NCBI RefSeq assembly: GCF_009914755.1
Contig: NC_060935.1
Length of the DNA stretch: 64,000 bases
Origin: the human T2T-CHM13v2.0 reference genome, Homo sapiens
Reading direction: 5' to 3' (one strand)
This document shows, piece by piece, positions 26,864-41,075 of the stretch; the first letter of the stretch is position 1, and the number at the start of each line of letters is the position of its first letter. A model generated the notes under the pieces. It was not told the origin of the DNA, searched no databases, and saw nothing but the letters and a program-made list of their open reading frames with translations. The translations under genes were made by a program, and so were the position numbers.

Positions 26864-27273
26864 TGTGACAGAGATTGTCTAACTCCTCCCCAATTTGCAT
26901 GTCCTTTTTTCAGCACACATCCAGGCTGTATTTCACAGCCCCCTTGCCTCAGGCCATGTGATGGAATTCTGACCCAAAGAATATTAACAGATTAATGTAT
27001 GGCACTACTTAGGCTGTGTCCTCAAAACCCTCGCATTCCAATCTCCTCCGAGAGCTCTCTCCCCTCCTCTGAGGGCTAGATGAAGAGAATCCAATGGAAG
27101 GCTCTGGGGCCTTAGAGCCACACAATGGAAGAAGTCTGAGTGCCGAAAGGACCACTGGGGGAGTACCCTTCCCTTGCCTGCCATCATGGTCTGTGATGTG
27201 AAAACAAACATTTATTTTGTTAAGCCACTGAGGTTTGAGGTCTGTTACATCACTTAGCTTATCTCACTGATAC
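26864..27273 (+). mobile_element. Old MLT1 LTR within an L1M remnant (~26620-27900)
   Basis: tgtgacagagattg...ggccatgtga...tattttgttaagccactgaggtttgagg...tgttac...ctgatac; flanks resemble L1 ORF2 3' end. Boundaries approximate. Confidence 0.65.
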
Positions 27274-28777
27274 TGATATGCATGTTTAGAAGTGCTCAAA
27301 CTCATCAGAGAAAGTGTACAACTTCACTTATTCTCATTAGACTAGCAAAAATTAGTATAGCAGATCATTCTAAAAATTGATGGTAGGGATGGGAGTGGGT
27401 GTGCCGATACAGGGAACCTCATGCACTGCTGATGGGGGTGTAGACTGGTATAGCCTTGCTGGGGGCAATCTGGTGGTTCTTACTCAAATTAAATATGTGG
27501 ATACCTTAGGATTCACCAGTTCTACTACTGGGAATGCCCCCCATAGGAATTCTCACACAGGTCTCTATATGAAGGAGACATGGATGTCTCTGGAATCATT
27601 GTGTTGGGGAGTTGGAAACAATCTGGGTATCTGCTCCTGGGGGTGTGGATAAATAAATGAGGGGTGCAAATCATGAAGAACGATGCAGTGGCATGAAGCA
27701 GTGGGTCACATACACACGTAATGTGATAGGGCTTTAATGCATAGTGAAAATGATGCAAATACAAATATATGCATACACAGCAGCAGCACACATTTTACCA
27801 AAATGCACATAAAGAATAGACATCAAACACCTTGGGATGGTTGTCTATGAAAGGGAAATGAGAGTGGAAAATAAAAGGGGAGGAAGAAAATATAATCATA
27901 TGAGTGAATTTCCTTCCACTGTACAGATTCTCAGTTCATTCCGAAAGCTTTTTGACAAGAGATTGAAGACTGACAATCACAGCTGTTTTACTTCCGAGGC
28001 TTAGTTTTCTTTACAGAATCTTATTTCCATGAGGTTATTACGTCTATCCTCAATTTTTAAAAAAGCTTATATTCTGCCTTTGTTGCTTTTTTTTCAATTT
28101 AATAAGCATTTTCTTTTAACCACCTGACCTCATGCTTTTTCAAAAACTAAACTAAACAAAACAATAAAGGAAGAAGAGAATTACAAGATCCAATCTTAGT
28201 CCTAACATCTTTTACCCTGAACATAAAACGATTTGCTTTTTACATAGGTAATAAACAGAGGGAGAAGAGTGAACTTCATAATCTTGATATTTGTATAGCA
28301 TTAGTAGTGATAGGACAGATGTCCTAAATAGGTATCGTACCGTTACAGTAATTAGTAGGAAGCAAAGAAAAATCAATGGAACAGAGCAGATAGCCCTAAA
28401 TCAGGTCCCAGTAAGTTTTGTAAGTAAGCATGTGACAAAGGAGCAACAAGCCGAGGAGGAAAGGAAACAAAGCAAAATAGTGCAGATAGCACAGAAGCCA
28501 CTCAGGTTTTCAGCTTTTGCCAGCAGGATATTAGGGAGGCTCCACCCTGATTTCCAGCCTCTCTGTGCCAGGCAGATGTGGATCTCCAGCAAGCTGGCCA
28601 CCTGCCACAGCAACACTGCTGGTACCTGGCTCTGCCAAAGGCCCTATCACCCTGGATGCCATCTGCCTGCAATTTACAAACTGTATAGGAGGGGTAGGTC
28701 AGGCCTGGACACCTCGTGGCTGGACTATGGAAACTGGTCCTGGCTGAGGCTCAGGAATTGCTTTCCTTTCCAAGTAG

Positions 28778-29420
<643 letters not shown>

Positions 29421-30619
29421 CCAACATGTCTTTTCTCCCATCACGCTTCTTCTTCCTTTAGCCAAGAAGCTTGCCACCTTACACCCTTCCTCTCCCTCCC
29501 TCCTTGGCATCCTTCTCAAAGCTTTCTGTAACCTGAACAATGGATTTAGAAGCCAGTGAAAATATTTGAGACGCTGGAGTATTGATAACCAGATAATTAG
29601 ATAACTAGAGTTTCTGGCTGAATCAGTGTCTTTGTGGCTATGGATTTTCAACCCAAAGCTCTACGAGAGGGCACACTGTGAGAACCAGGCAGAAGGCAGC
29701 CCTCTGCGTACATACAGTGACGCCCTTATGGTCTGCAGCCTCATTTTTACCCCAAAGGTAGCCATGACTTAAGAGTGACAAAAGAGAGAAGCTGACAGGT
29801 TGTGGACTCCAAGAAAGGGTTCTCTACCTCCCTGCAATTAAGGCTCATATTAATCAGCTCTGGACTCACCATATGCATCCACTAAAATCTAGAGCAGGCC
29901 CTGCGGGAGCACATCAAATTTGATGGGTTATAGTTTTGGTGATAATTTTGTTTATTTGCTATTAATTACCAAGCACATGAAATGCTCCCAAATTACTGAT
30001 GCCTCTTACTCCAGGAGTTGCTTAATTTGGCTCTGCCTTGGAATTCTTTCCTGGCGACTCACGCCTGCCACAAGGTATGGTTTGAGCAGAGAAAGAGGAA
30101 GAGGCTCAGTAGTTGCTTCTCTGCAACATATGTGAATACCCCACCCACAATTGCAGCAGGAAGAGGTGAAGGGAGCAGGCTCCTAATTGCTGTGGCGTAC
30201 CCAGGGGTACATTTCTTTCTTGGAGATAAGCAGAAGGCAAGGAGTGTCAAATGAGAGATCACTGCCTACAGAAGTCTGTGTCATCTCTGAAGCATCCTGG
30301 GGCCCTCTGATCTACAGTAGGCCTTGATGTCATCTGAGGCACAGAAGGACTTCTTCCAGCATTGGAAAGAAAAGCTTGGAAGGAAAGCTTCAGCTGCAGT
30401 TTCTGTAATGTTCTCCTCCATCCTTGCCCCATTTTTGCAGAGATCGTTGTTTATCCTTTAGTACCATTGAGTACCATTTAGCCCCACTGGGTAAAATTGA
30501 GTGAAAAAGAAACACTAGGTCCTGCCTCAGAGAGGAAACTTGGGAAGACCAATATTATCAAGTAGACTTGATCTCTAAATTTGTGCTTGTTTCGAGGGAC
30601 TCTGCGTCTGGATATGCAG

Positions 30620-33600
30620 GATGTTTTTTAAATTGTGAGATGCATCTACAGAAAAGTTCATAGAACATTTACATAGAGCATAAAGGTTAATATAAAATGC
30701 ATGAGCACTGGTTAGCATTGCAGGATTTTTGAAGCACCCTCTTCCCCCTGTGTTCTGTAACCTGAGCACAACTTTGTCCTCCCCAGTCACCCACAGGCAA
30801 CCACTATCCTGGCATCTAATGAAATTATCTCATTGTTTTTCTTTAGTTTTCCCACCCACTTGTGCATCACTAAATAATAAAATTTACTTTTGTTTGTTTT
30901 GGACTTTTGGACTTTATAGATTGAATAAAAAGGAAGTCTTTCTTGGGACTTTCTTCTTTCGCCCTACATCATTTGGAGAATCATCCATGCTGATGCTTGT
31001 AGTTCTAATTGGTTCATTTTCATTGCTGTACACTCCAATTTATTCTACCATTGTTGGACTTTTAGGTTGTTTCTAGTTGGGGGCTGTTCCAAACAATGCT
31101 GCTAAGAACATTCATGTTTATGTGCCAGATTTTTCTCTAGGTGTGTACCTGGACTGTAATTACTGGGCATAGGGTACGCAGCAACTCAACTCTACCAGTC
31201 AATGCCAGACTGTTTTCCATAACGCTGCACCAAGTTACATGCCTGCTAGAAATACACAAGGACATCTATTGGTCAAGGCCTTTGGTGCTGGTCAGATGTG
31301 ATTTTTGCCAGTTTGATGGCTGCATAATTGTATCTCATTGTGGTTTAATTTGCATTCCACTGATGAGATTAAGGATCTTTTCCTAGGTTTATTGGTCACT
31401 TGGATTTCCTTTCTCAGAAAGGGTCTGTTCAAGTTTTTTGTTTTCTTTATTTTCATATTGATTCACAGAAGTTCTTTGTAAATTCTGTTGTCAGAATTCA
31501 TAAATTCTTGCTTGTCAGTTTCATGTGTTGTAGTATCTTTTCCCTCTCTGTAGAGTGTCTCTTCACTCTCTTAAAGTGTCTTTGGTCGAACAGACATTCT
31601 TAATTGTAATATACTAGCATTTACAAATCTTTTATTCATGATTCATGGCTTTTGTGTCTGGTTTAAGAAATCGTTATCTGCACCCAAGGTCATAAAGATA
31701 TTCTTCTACATTACCTTCTAAATCTTTAGAGTTTTGCCCTTCATATTTAGTTTTTTAATCTGCCTGAATTGTTTTTTGTGCATAATGTGAGGTGGGGTTC
31801 TAATTCCTTATTCCTCCCTACAGATACCCAATTATCTTAGCACTATTTATTGAAAGGTCTATCTTTTTCCCCACTGATCTAAGCTATCACCTCAATCATA
31901 TATCAACTGTTCATAAAAGTACAGGTCTGTTTATGGGCTCTCTACTCTGTTCTATTGGTCTATTTGTCAATCCTACTACCAATACTACTCTGTCTTAATT
32001 ACTACAGCTTTATAATAAGTATTTATATCTGGTAGAGCAAGTCCTCCCACCTTATTTTTCTTCTTTAAGAGTAACTACTCTTGGCCCTTGGCACTGTCAT
32101 ATAAATTTTAGAGCCAGCTTGTCAAGTTTCACCAAAAAACTATTGGGATTTTAATTGGGATTTTACTGAGTCTATAAATCAATTTGGAGACAAATGACAT
32201 CTTCACCATGTGGAGTCCCCCCATCCATGAAGTGGCGTATTTCTCCATTTATTTAGGTCTTCTTTAATGTCTTTCAATAAAATTTTATTATTTTCTCCAT
32301 TAATGTCTTATACATAGTTTGCTGGATTTATTCTTAGGTACTTCATATTTTTCAGTGCCATTGTGGGCAATGTCTGTTTTAAATTTCATTGTATAGCTGT
32401 TGCTGATTAGAAATGAATTTAATTTTTATATTGATTTCATATCCAGATATTTTGCTAAACTGTTATATTGTAATAATTTACTTGTAGATTATTTTTCATT
32501 CTCTCTCTATATCATCATGTTATCTGCTAATAATAACAGTTTTTTCTTTTTCCTCCTCAATACTTACATTTTTAACCTTTTTTTAACCTGCCGTACTGTC
32601 CAGGATGTTGAATGAAATTGGTATTTGTTAACATTTTTGTCTCTGTTCAACTTGAAAGGAAAGCTTGTAAATGGGTCATCGGGAAGAGTGATGTTTGTTG
32701 AGGTTTTTGTAGGTAATCTTTATCTGATTAAGGAAGTCTTATTCTATTTCCAGTTTGGCAAGGATTGTTTTTGTTGTGAATGGATATAGAATTTAAGCTT
32801 TTTCTTTTTTTTTTTTCTGCATCTGTTGAATGGATCAGAAGATATTTTTCCTTTAACATGTACATGTGATGATTTGTATTAATTGAATTTTGAATGTTAA
32901 ATCACTTTGTATTCCTGGGAAACACTCACCTTGGCCATTGTATAGCTGCTAGAAAATTAGGCTCTTGAGTTAGATTGCCTGGGTCTAAAACTTGGCTATA
33001 CCACTGTCTAGCAGCGTGACCTGGGCAATTTACTTTACATTTTTGTGCCTTGATTTTCTCATATGCTGAAATGGGGATAATAATAGCCCTTAACTCACAA
33101 AACTTCTGTAAATTTTAGTAATATGTCCAAAATGCTTAAACCAGTTCCTGAAAAATAGTAAGCACCATATACATATTTGCTACTTTATTGACCAGACAAT
33201 AACTTGTTTAGGATTTTTATACTCATGCTCATGGGTGATTTTTAGCTTGTAATTTTTTTCTTCTCATAAGTAACCTTGATATTAGGCTTTAGCTAGACTT
33301 ATAAAGTTAGTTGAGGGGTATTTTCTCTTTTTTTATTCTCTGAGTTTGTGTAAGATTAGAATTATTGATTACTTGAATATGTGGTAGAATTCACTGGTAA
33401 AGCCATCTGCTCTGAAGATTTTGTATGAAACTAATTTTCCATTTAAATTCTTTAATGGTTATAAGGCAATTCAGATTTTATATGTGTTATATATTTATTT
33501 GGAAACCTCTAAATTTAATGTTTCAATGTATAGGCATAAAGTTATTTGTAATATCTTGTTATTATCTTTTAAATGTCTGCAGCATCTGCCATGAGGTTCC

Positions 33601-36600
33601 CCTTTTTATTCCTGACACTGGGCATATGAGCCTTCTCTCTTTTTTGCCTTGATCATTCTAGCTAGAAATTTGTTAATTGTATTTATCTTTTCAGAGAACC
33701 AACTTTTGGACCTGTTGATTCTCCCATTAATTCTTAGCTTTTGTGCTCTGCAGGATTCTCTTCTTTCTACTTTTGTCTATTTTGCTGCTCCTTTCTTAAC
33801 TTCCTCAGCTCATTAACTTTCAGTTTTTCTTCTTTACTAGTATGCATATTTGAGGACTAGAGTTCCCTTTAAATCCTGCCTTAGCTGCAACTCATGAGTT
33901 TTTATATGTAGTATTTTTATTACTACTCAGTTAGAAATATTTTATAATTTCCATTATGATTTCTTCTTTGACCCATAGGTTGTTTGTTTCTTTATTTCCA
34001 AACAAATAAGGGTGTTTTAGTTATCTTTTATTTTTTACTTTTAGCTTAAATGCATTGGTCAAATAGCAAGCCCTATATCATTTCAGCCCTTTGAAATATG
34101 TTGAGGCTTGCTTAATGGGCTAGTATGTAAGAATTTATTAAGGGCCTATGTATTCTTGAAACAAATGTGTGTCTTAGACCATTTGGGATGCTCTAACAAA
34201 ATGCCATAAACGAGGTGGCTTGTAAACAACAGAGATTTGATTCTCATAGTTCTGGAGGCTGGGAAGTACAAGATTGAGGCACCAGCAGATTCAGTGTCTG
34301 GTGAGGGCCTGTTTCCTTCTTCGTAGATAGCACTTTCTCACCGTGTCCTCATGTGGTGAAAGGGTGAATGAGCTCTCTCGGGCCTATTTCATAAGGGCAC
34401 TGATCCCATTCATGAGGCCTCTACCTTCATGACCTACCACCTCCCAAAAGACCCCACCTCCTAATACTGCTATGTTGAGCGTTAGGATTTTAACATATGA
34501 ATTTGATGGGGAACAAACATTCAAATCATAGCAGTGGGTGTTTGGGTGCATTATGTTGTATATGTCCATTAAATCAAGTTGGTTAATCCTGCTGTTCATG
34601 TAATACATATTTTAACTGATGCTTTTGTCTGTTTTTAATCCTCAACCAAATATCTTCTTATTTTACGCTTTGTATTTGTCCTTAAAGAGCTGTTTCTTTT
34701 TCTCTCCATTCTTATCTTCTTTCGAATTGATAGTATTTTGTCATTCTAGTTCTTCTGCTCTACTAATTTGGAAGTTAATACACTTTGATTATATTATTTT
34801 GTGGTGTCTAAAATTGGAGTGTAAGTATTTTATTTTGGATCCCACTAAGCACCAGTGAGGGAATGGGGAAGTGAGACAGGGAAAGCAAGCAATCTGATGC
34901 AGGGGGGATTAATGTGGAAAACTAGGGCTCAGCCACTTTAATTCCATCTTTCTTATTTTTAACCACACATGGCATTATTTTTTATGTCTATTAGAATCAC
35001 CCACATGTTGGCCTTCTCAGTTAATTCTTCATTCCTTCTTGCATTTCAGACCTTCCACTGGGGTTCACATTCCTTCTGTCTGAAATTCATCATTTAGAAC
35101 TTCCTTTAGAGAGGACGTACTAGTGGCAAGCTTTTAGTTTTGCCCGCTACTTTCTCTATTTTGTCCCAATTCTTCAAAGACTTTTTCTGGTTGTAGAATT
35201 CTAAGTTGACAATTGCTTTGTTTTAGCACATTTACAATATCATTCTCTTGTCTTCTAGCAAGCTTCCTAGTCCTGCAAAGTCAGCTGTTAGTGTAACTAT
35301 CACTTGTGTTTTTTCTGTAGATGTTTTTAACATCTTTTGTAGTCTTTGGTGTTGCAGTTTTTTATCAGTAAAATGTCTAGGAGGGAATTGCTTTTCAAAT
35401 ATTTTGCTTGTGATTCACTGGACTTCTAAACATAGTCCTTCCTAGACTGTTACAATGATTAAATGAGTTAATATGTGTAAAGCACATATAGAACAGTACT
35501 TGCACAAATAAGTGCTCAATAAATACTACCTATTTTGGATTCTGTGTATTGATGTCTGTGTCAGTTCTTAATACATTCCTTCATAGCTCCAACCCACCCT
35601 TCTGTACTCTGTGGTGTGAGAGCTAGTCTATGTCTCTTAGCTTTCTCTTTTATTTTTTCCATTTCCCTTTCTCCCTCTGCTACATTTTGCACAATTTCTT
35701 TTAGCCTATCCTCCAATTGCAAATTGGACAGATTTACAAATTGGATTTTGCACACACAACTTTCCTTTGCCAGTGTCTCTATGTTGGTTCCACCAGTGAG
35801 AGATTCTGGAGGGACATGCAAGGCTTGAGGAGGAGGAAGGGACTTACCATGTCCTGTTTTTTTGTTTGTTTGGTTTTTGTTTTGTTTTGTTTCTGAGGTC
35901 TGGTTGTGGGCTTATGATCCTGTGAGCAATCTTGGCGATGGTTGTCTGCATGCAGCTGTTGGCTCAATGCACGGCTCATCTCTGCGGTGGCATTCCTTGG
36001 GTTCCTCAGGTGTCCAGCATTCCCGCAGCAGCTGTGCTTTCTCATCAGAGCTTTTTGATGCTTGGTTCTGTGGACTCGTCCTCTAAGTTTCTAAGTTTCT
36101 CCTGGTTTCCTTGTTCTGTCAGCCCAGTGAGTTTCTGCATTTGCCACCTCTGTTACACTCCGGAGTCCACCTTTACTCTCTTAGCCATTAACCACTTTTT
36201 ACTTAGTCAATTCTTTATACTAAATTTTATATTAATAATTTCTGACTCAAGTTTAAGGTGGGTTTCTGTCTCCTGACTGGATTCTGATACAGTATTTATC
36301 ATCAGTTCTGGAAAATTCTCTGTCTTTATCTGTTTAAATATTATTCTAGTCCATTTGATCTCTCTTATCTCTCAGAAACTCCAGTCTGACATAGAGCAGA
36401 TCTTTCTCCTCTATGCTCGATGTCTCTTAGCTTTCTCTTTCACTTTTTCTATTTCTCTTTTGCCCTCTGTTACATTTTGGATAATTTTTTTTTAGCATAT
36501 CTTCCTATTTACAAATCTATTCAATTACATATAACATTCTGTCAAACTCCTCTACTGCTAATATATACAAGGTATTTTATATCTATATATCAGCATGTTT
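30620..36600 (-). mobile_element. Old fragmented antisense L1M remnant with nested MIR/LTR insertions
   Basis: T-rich antisense L1 ORF2-like motifs (tatctcattgtggtttaatttgcattcc; tatcttagcactatttattgaaa; tggtagaattcactggtaaagccatctg; tcagagaaccaacttttgg). Boundaries approximate. Confidence 0.7.
34170..34533 (-). mobile_element. MLT1A/MSTD-type MaLR LTR
   Basis: tgtcttagaccatttggg...gttctggaggctgggaagtacaagatt...caaacattcaaatcatagca. Confidence 0.85.
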
Positions 36601-37816
36601 AGCTTTTTAGCATTTTAGGCTTTCAGGAAAAGGGTGTATCTTGAGAGTTAGCCAGACATATTACTGGAACCTGATATGTCAATATTTGGAATCTTTTCTT
36701 CCAGCAAACATAAGCAATGATGGTGTTCACACTTTTGGTTTGTATCGTATTTTCTAGCAATGGATTTGGTGTAGCACCTCTGGAGTCTAGAGTGAGGTAT
36801 TTTCTAGGAGAATGCCCCACTACATTGATTTTTTGTGCATTAAGTATTGTAGCATTATTTTCTCATGAGGTCATAGCCTGGGACGATGAATCAAATTCTT
36901 TACCAGCAGACCGTGTGGGAAGAACAGCCACCAGTGAACCAAATACCCAGACAATATGGAAATAACATGTTTTTCTTTCTTCTTGCCTTCCTTCTCACCC
37001 TTTGTTTCTTCCCTTATATGTGCATTTATTTACTTATAACAAACATTTATTTAAGGGTGGGTAGAGGGTCATTACAAGGAAACGGATTCCTATCTATAAT
37101 AAAAAATCTGATTCTGACTGTAAATCTTGGAAATTTCTGGAGAGGGTAGAAAAAAATTAATGATGGAGTGAGGGGAAATGGGTACAATATCAAGGCCACA
37201 TATATGCTATATCACCACTATGTCTAAAATTCCCTGGTAAATTGACCCATGAGTGGGAATGAGGCACATTTCCCAAGGTAAGGATTCAATGTAAGGAAAG
37301 CTATCATTGAAATTCCTCAATACCTCAGATTGAATAGTAAAATACGTACTGTTAAGGCCATTTTACTCACCAAAACTGAGGCTTAAGAGTCTCAAAAGTT
37401 AGTTTTTCCAGCTGTCCATTTTACAAATTGCTAGTAGCAAACCAGGATAACAACTTACATCTTTGGACTTTCTGGATGTCTCCTGCTGTGCTCCATTACT
37501 AGGGCAGTCAGCAGAAGCAGGGAGTGTCTGTGCTCCAGCAGCAGTGCCTGGGGTCAGTCCACAAAGACACCCTGCTTCCATTCTACATCTCCTAGGTCTG
37601 TGAATTGACATTTGAAGATACAACAGTTGCAATAATCTGAGACAGTTTGCCTGCCACATGCAACTTCTTGCAATGGGCAATCTTAATACCACACAGGTTT
37701 CCTTTACTCCCTTTCCCCACCCCAACACACTTGGTGAGCAGGATCAATGACTGATCTAAGTTCAAGGGCAGAGGCTACCATTTGGAATTGCCAGAATAGA
37801 GCTGTGTGCACTCCAA

Positions 37817-38050
37817 CCAACAGTGTACAAGGGTCCCCTTTTCTCCATATCCTTGCCAGCATTTGTTATTGTCTGTCTTTTGGATAAAAGCCATTTTAAC
37901 TGAGGTGAGATCATATCTCGTAGTTTTGATTTGCATTTCTCAACTACGAGATATGATCTCACCTCAGTTAAAATGGCTTTTATCCAAAAGGCAGACAATA
38001 ACAAATGCTGGCAAGGATATGGAGAAAAGGGGACCCTTGTACACTGTTGG
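37817..38050. repeat. Near-perfect inverted repeat: 109-bp arms, 16-nt spacer
   Basis: 37817-37925 is the reverse complement of 37942-38050 with a single mismatch (T37876/G37991); spacer 37926-37941 TTGATTTGCATTTCTC. Confidence 0.97.
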
Positions 38051-38440
38051 AATGTAAATTAGTACAACCACTATGGAGAACGGTTTGGATGTTCCTCAAA
38101 AAATTAAAAATAGAGCTACCATATGACACAGCAATCCTATTGCCAGGTATATACCCAAAGGAAAGGAAATCAGTATATCCAAGAGCTATCAGCACTCCCA
38201 TGTTTATTGTAGCACTGTTCACAATAGCCAAGATTTGGAAGTACTCTAAGTGTCCATTAGCAGATGAATGGATAAAGACAATGTGGTAATACACATAATG
38301 GAGTACTATTCAGTCATAAAGAAGAATTAGATCCTGTCATTTGCAATAACATGGATGGAACTGGAGGTCATAATGTTGAGTGAAATAAACCAGGCACAGA
38401 AAGACAAACTTTGCATGTTCTCACTTATTTATGGGAGCTA

Positions 38441-38860
<420 letters not shown>

Positions 38861-39215
38861 TTAGAAAGATTGAATAAGACCTAATATTTGCTAGCACAAC
38901 AGGGTGAATATAGTAAAAAATAATTTATTTGTACCTTCAAAAATAACTAGACAAGTATAATTGGGTTGTTTGTAACACACAAAAAATAAGTGCTTGAAGT
39001 GGTGGATACCCCATTTACCCTGATGTGATTATTTTGTATTGCAGGCCTCTATCAGAATATCTCATGTAACCCATAAATATATACACCTACTCTGTACCCA
39101 CAAAAAGTTTTTAAAAAGAAAAATAAATAGCAACCGAAAAAAAAAGAGAGGGAGAAAAGAAAAAAGAAAAAAAAATCAAGTGCCTGGCTGGGTAGAATAA
39201 ATTCTAAGGCCACAA

Positions 39216-39751
39216 TGTTACTGACCATGGGTTTTTTGGCTCTCAGTGTATAGAAATTGACACAAGGCCAATAGTCTTCCCAAACATGCTTTACTGGAAC
39301 TTACGCCCTGGCATAAGGGCCACAACAAAAGAGAGAGCGAATTCTCTGGCTTGCTGACTCCTTGGAAAAAACCGGTAGGGATTTTTTTATTAGGCAAAGC
39401 ACAGGAATTGACGTCAGAGGCAGGATGTGCTGCTGGGCAAAGCATACGAGAAGTGGGGTATGCAGGTCAGCATTACTTGGTTGCAATGGTTATCTTGAGG
39501 AATGGGCCAACTGGTGGTCTGGCCAGTGGCAACAAGGCTGTAAATCAATTATTCAGCATTCCTTCCCAAGGTGGGACACCCGGCAACATTGTTTATCTCC
39601 TAAGGCCAGTTCCTGGAATTAAGTGAAAGGATGACTAATGGACATGTTGTCAGTGAGGTAGTGGTGTGGGTTTTGTGACCAGTGGGAATGCACGAAAGAA
39701 TGCTTTAGCGGGGAGTGAGCTGAAGCCAAGCCCCATCCCTACTCTGTCTCA
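39216..39751 (-). mobile_element. Probable ERVL-class solo LTR
   Basis: TG...CA termini (minus strand begins TGAGACAGAGTAGGGATGGGGCTTGG and ends GGTCAGTAACA); minus-strand AATAAA at 39386-39391; no clear TSD. Confidence 0.55.
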
Positions 39752-39757
39752 AAGTGA

Positions 39758-40093
<336 letters not shown>

Positions 40094-40699
40094 TTAAATA
40101 ATTCTTAAAGGAAGTAAAGTTAACTTTGAAAGAACTATCAGGATTTGGATTGACTGAAAGGAGTGGGGAAGCTTAGGGAGGAGGTGCTTGCCAGACACTG
40201 GGTCATGGCAGTGGTCGGTGAAGCTGCAGTTGCCTAGGGCAGGGATGGAGAGAGAGTCTGGGCATGAGGAGAGGGTCTCGGGATGTTTGGCTGGACTAGA
40301 TTTTACAGAAAGCCTTATCCAGGCTTTTAAAATTACTCTTTCCAGACTTCATCTGAGACTCCTTCTTCAGCCAACATTCCTTAGCCCTGAATACATTTCC
40401 TATCCTCATCTTTCCCTTCTTTTTTTTCCTTTCTTTTACATGTTTAAATTTAAACCATTCTTCGTGACCCCTTTTCTTGGGAGATTCATGGCAAGAACGA
40501 GAAGAATGATGGTGCTTGTTAGGGGATGTCCTGTCTCTCTGAACTTTGGGGTCCTATGCATTAAATAATTTTCCTGACGAGCTCAAGTGCTCCCTCTGGT
40601 CTACAATCCCTGGCGGCTGGCCTTCATCCCTTGGGCAAGCATTGCATACAGCTCATGGCCCTCCCTCTACCATACCCTCCACCCCCGTTCGCCTAAGCT

Positions 40700-40820
40700 C
40701 CCTTCTCCGGGAATTTCATCATTTCCTAGAACAGCCAGAACATTTGTGGTCTATTTCTCTGTTAGTGTTTAACCAACCATCTGTTCTAAAAGAAGGGCTG
40801 AACTGATGGAAGGAATGCTG
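40700..40820 (+). promoter_or_regulatory. NNMT: NNMT proximal promoter
   Basis: NF-kB-like GGGAATTTCA (40709-40718), GAS/STAT TTCCTAGAA (40723-40731), HNF1-like GTTAGTGTTTAAC (40761-40773), atypical TATA TCTAAA (40785-40790) ~135 nt upstream of the ATG. HNF1B and STAT3 control of NNMT is established knowledge. Confidence 0.75.
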
Positions 40821-40921
40821 TTAGCCTGAGACTCAGGAAGACAACTTCTGCAGGGTCACTCCCTGGCTTCTGGAGGAAAGAGAAGGAGGGCAGTGCTCCA
40901 GTGGTACAGAAGTGAGACATA

Positions 40922-41075
40922 ATGGAATCAGGCTTCACCTCCAAGGACACCTATCTAAGCCATTTTAACCCTCGGGATTACCTAGAAAAATATTACAAGT
41001 TTGGTTCTAGGCACTCTGCAGAAAGCCAGATTCTTAAGCACCTTCTGAAAAATCTTTTCAAGATATTCTGCCTAG
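40922..41075 (+). CDS. NNMT: Nicotinamide N-methyltransferase, coding exon 1 (154 nt)
   Basis: [51 protein letters not shown] matches the NNMT N-terminus; donor TAG|GTAAGT, phase 1. Confidence 0.98.

Noticed and set aside
37817-38050. MITE or DNA transposon terminal inverted repeats, or a canonical pre-miRNA
   Set aside because: Both arms and the loop are L1 ORF2 sequence, no DNA-transposon TSD is visible, and the stem is far longer and more perfect than a pre-miRNA; no small-RNA evidence is available from sequence alone.
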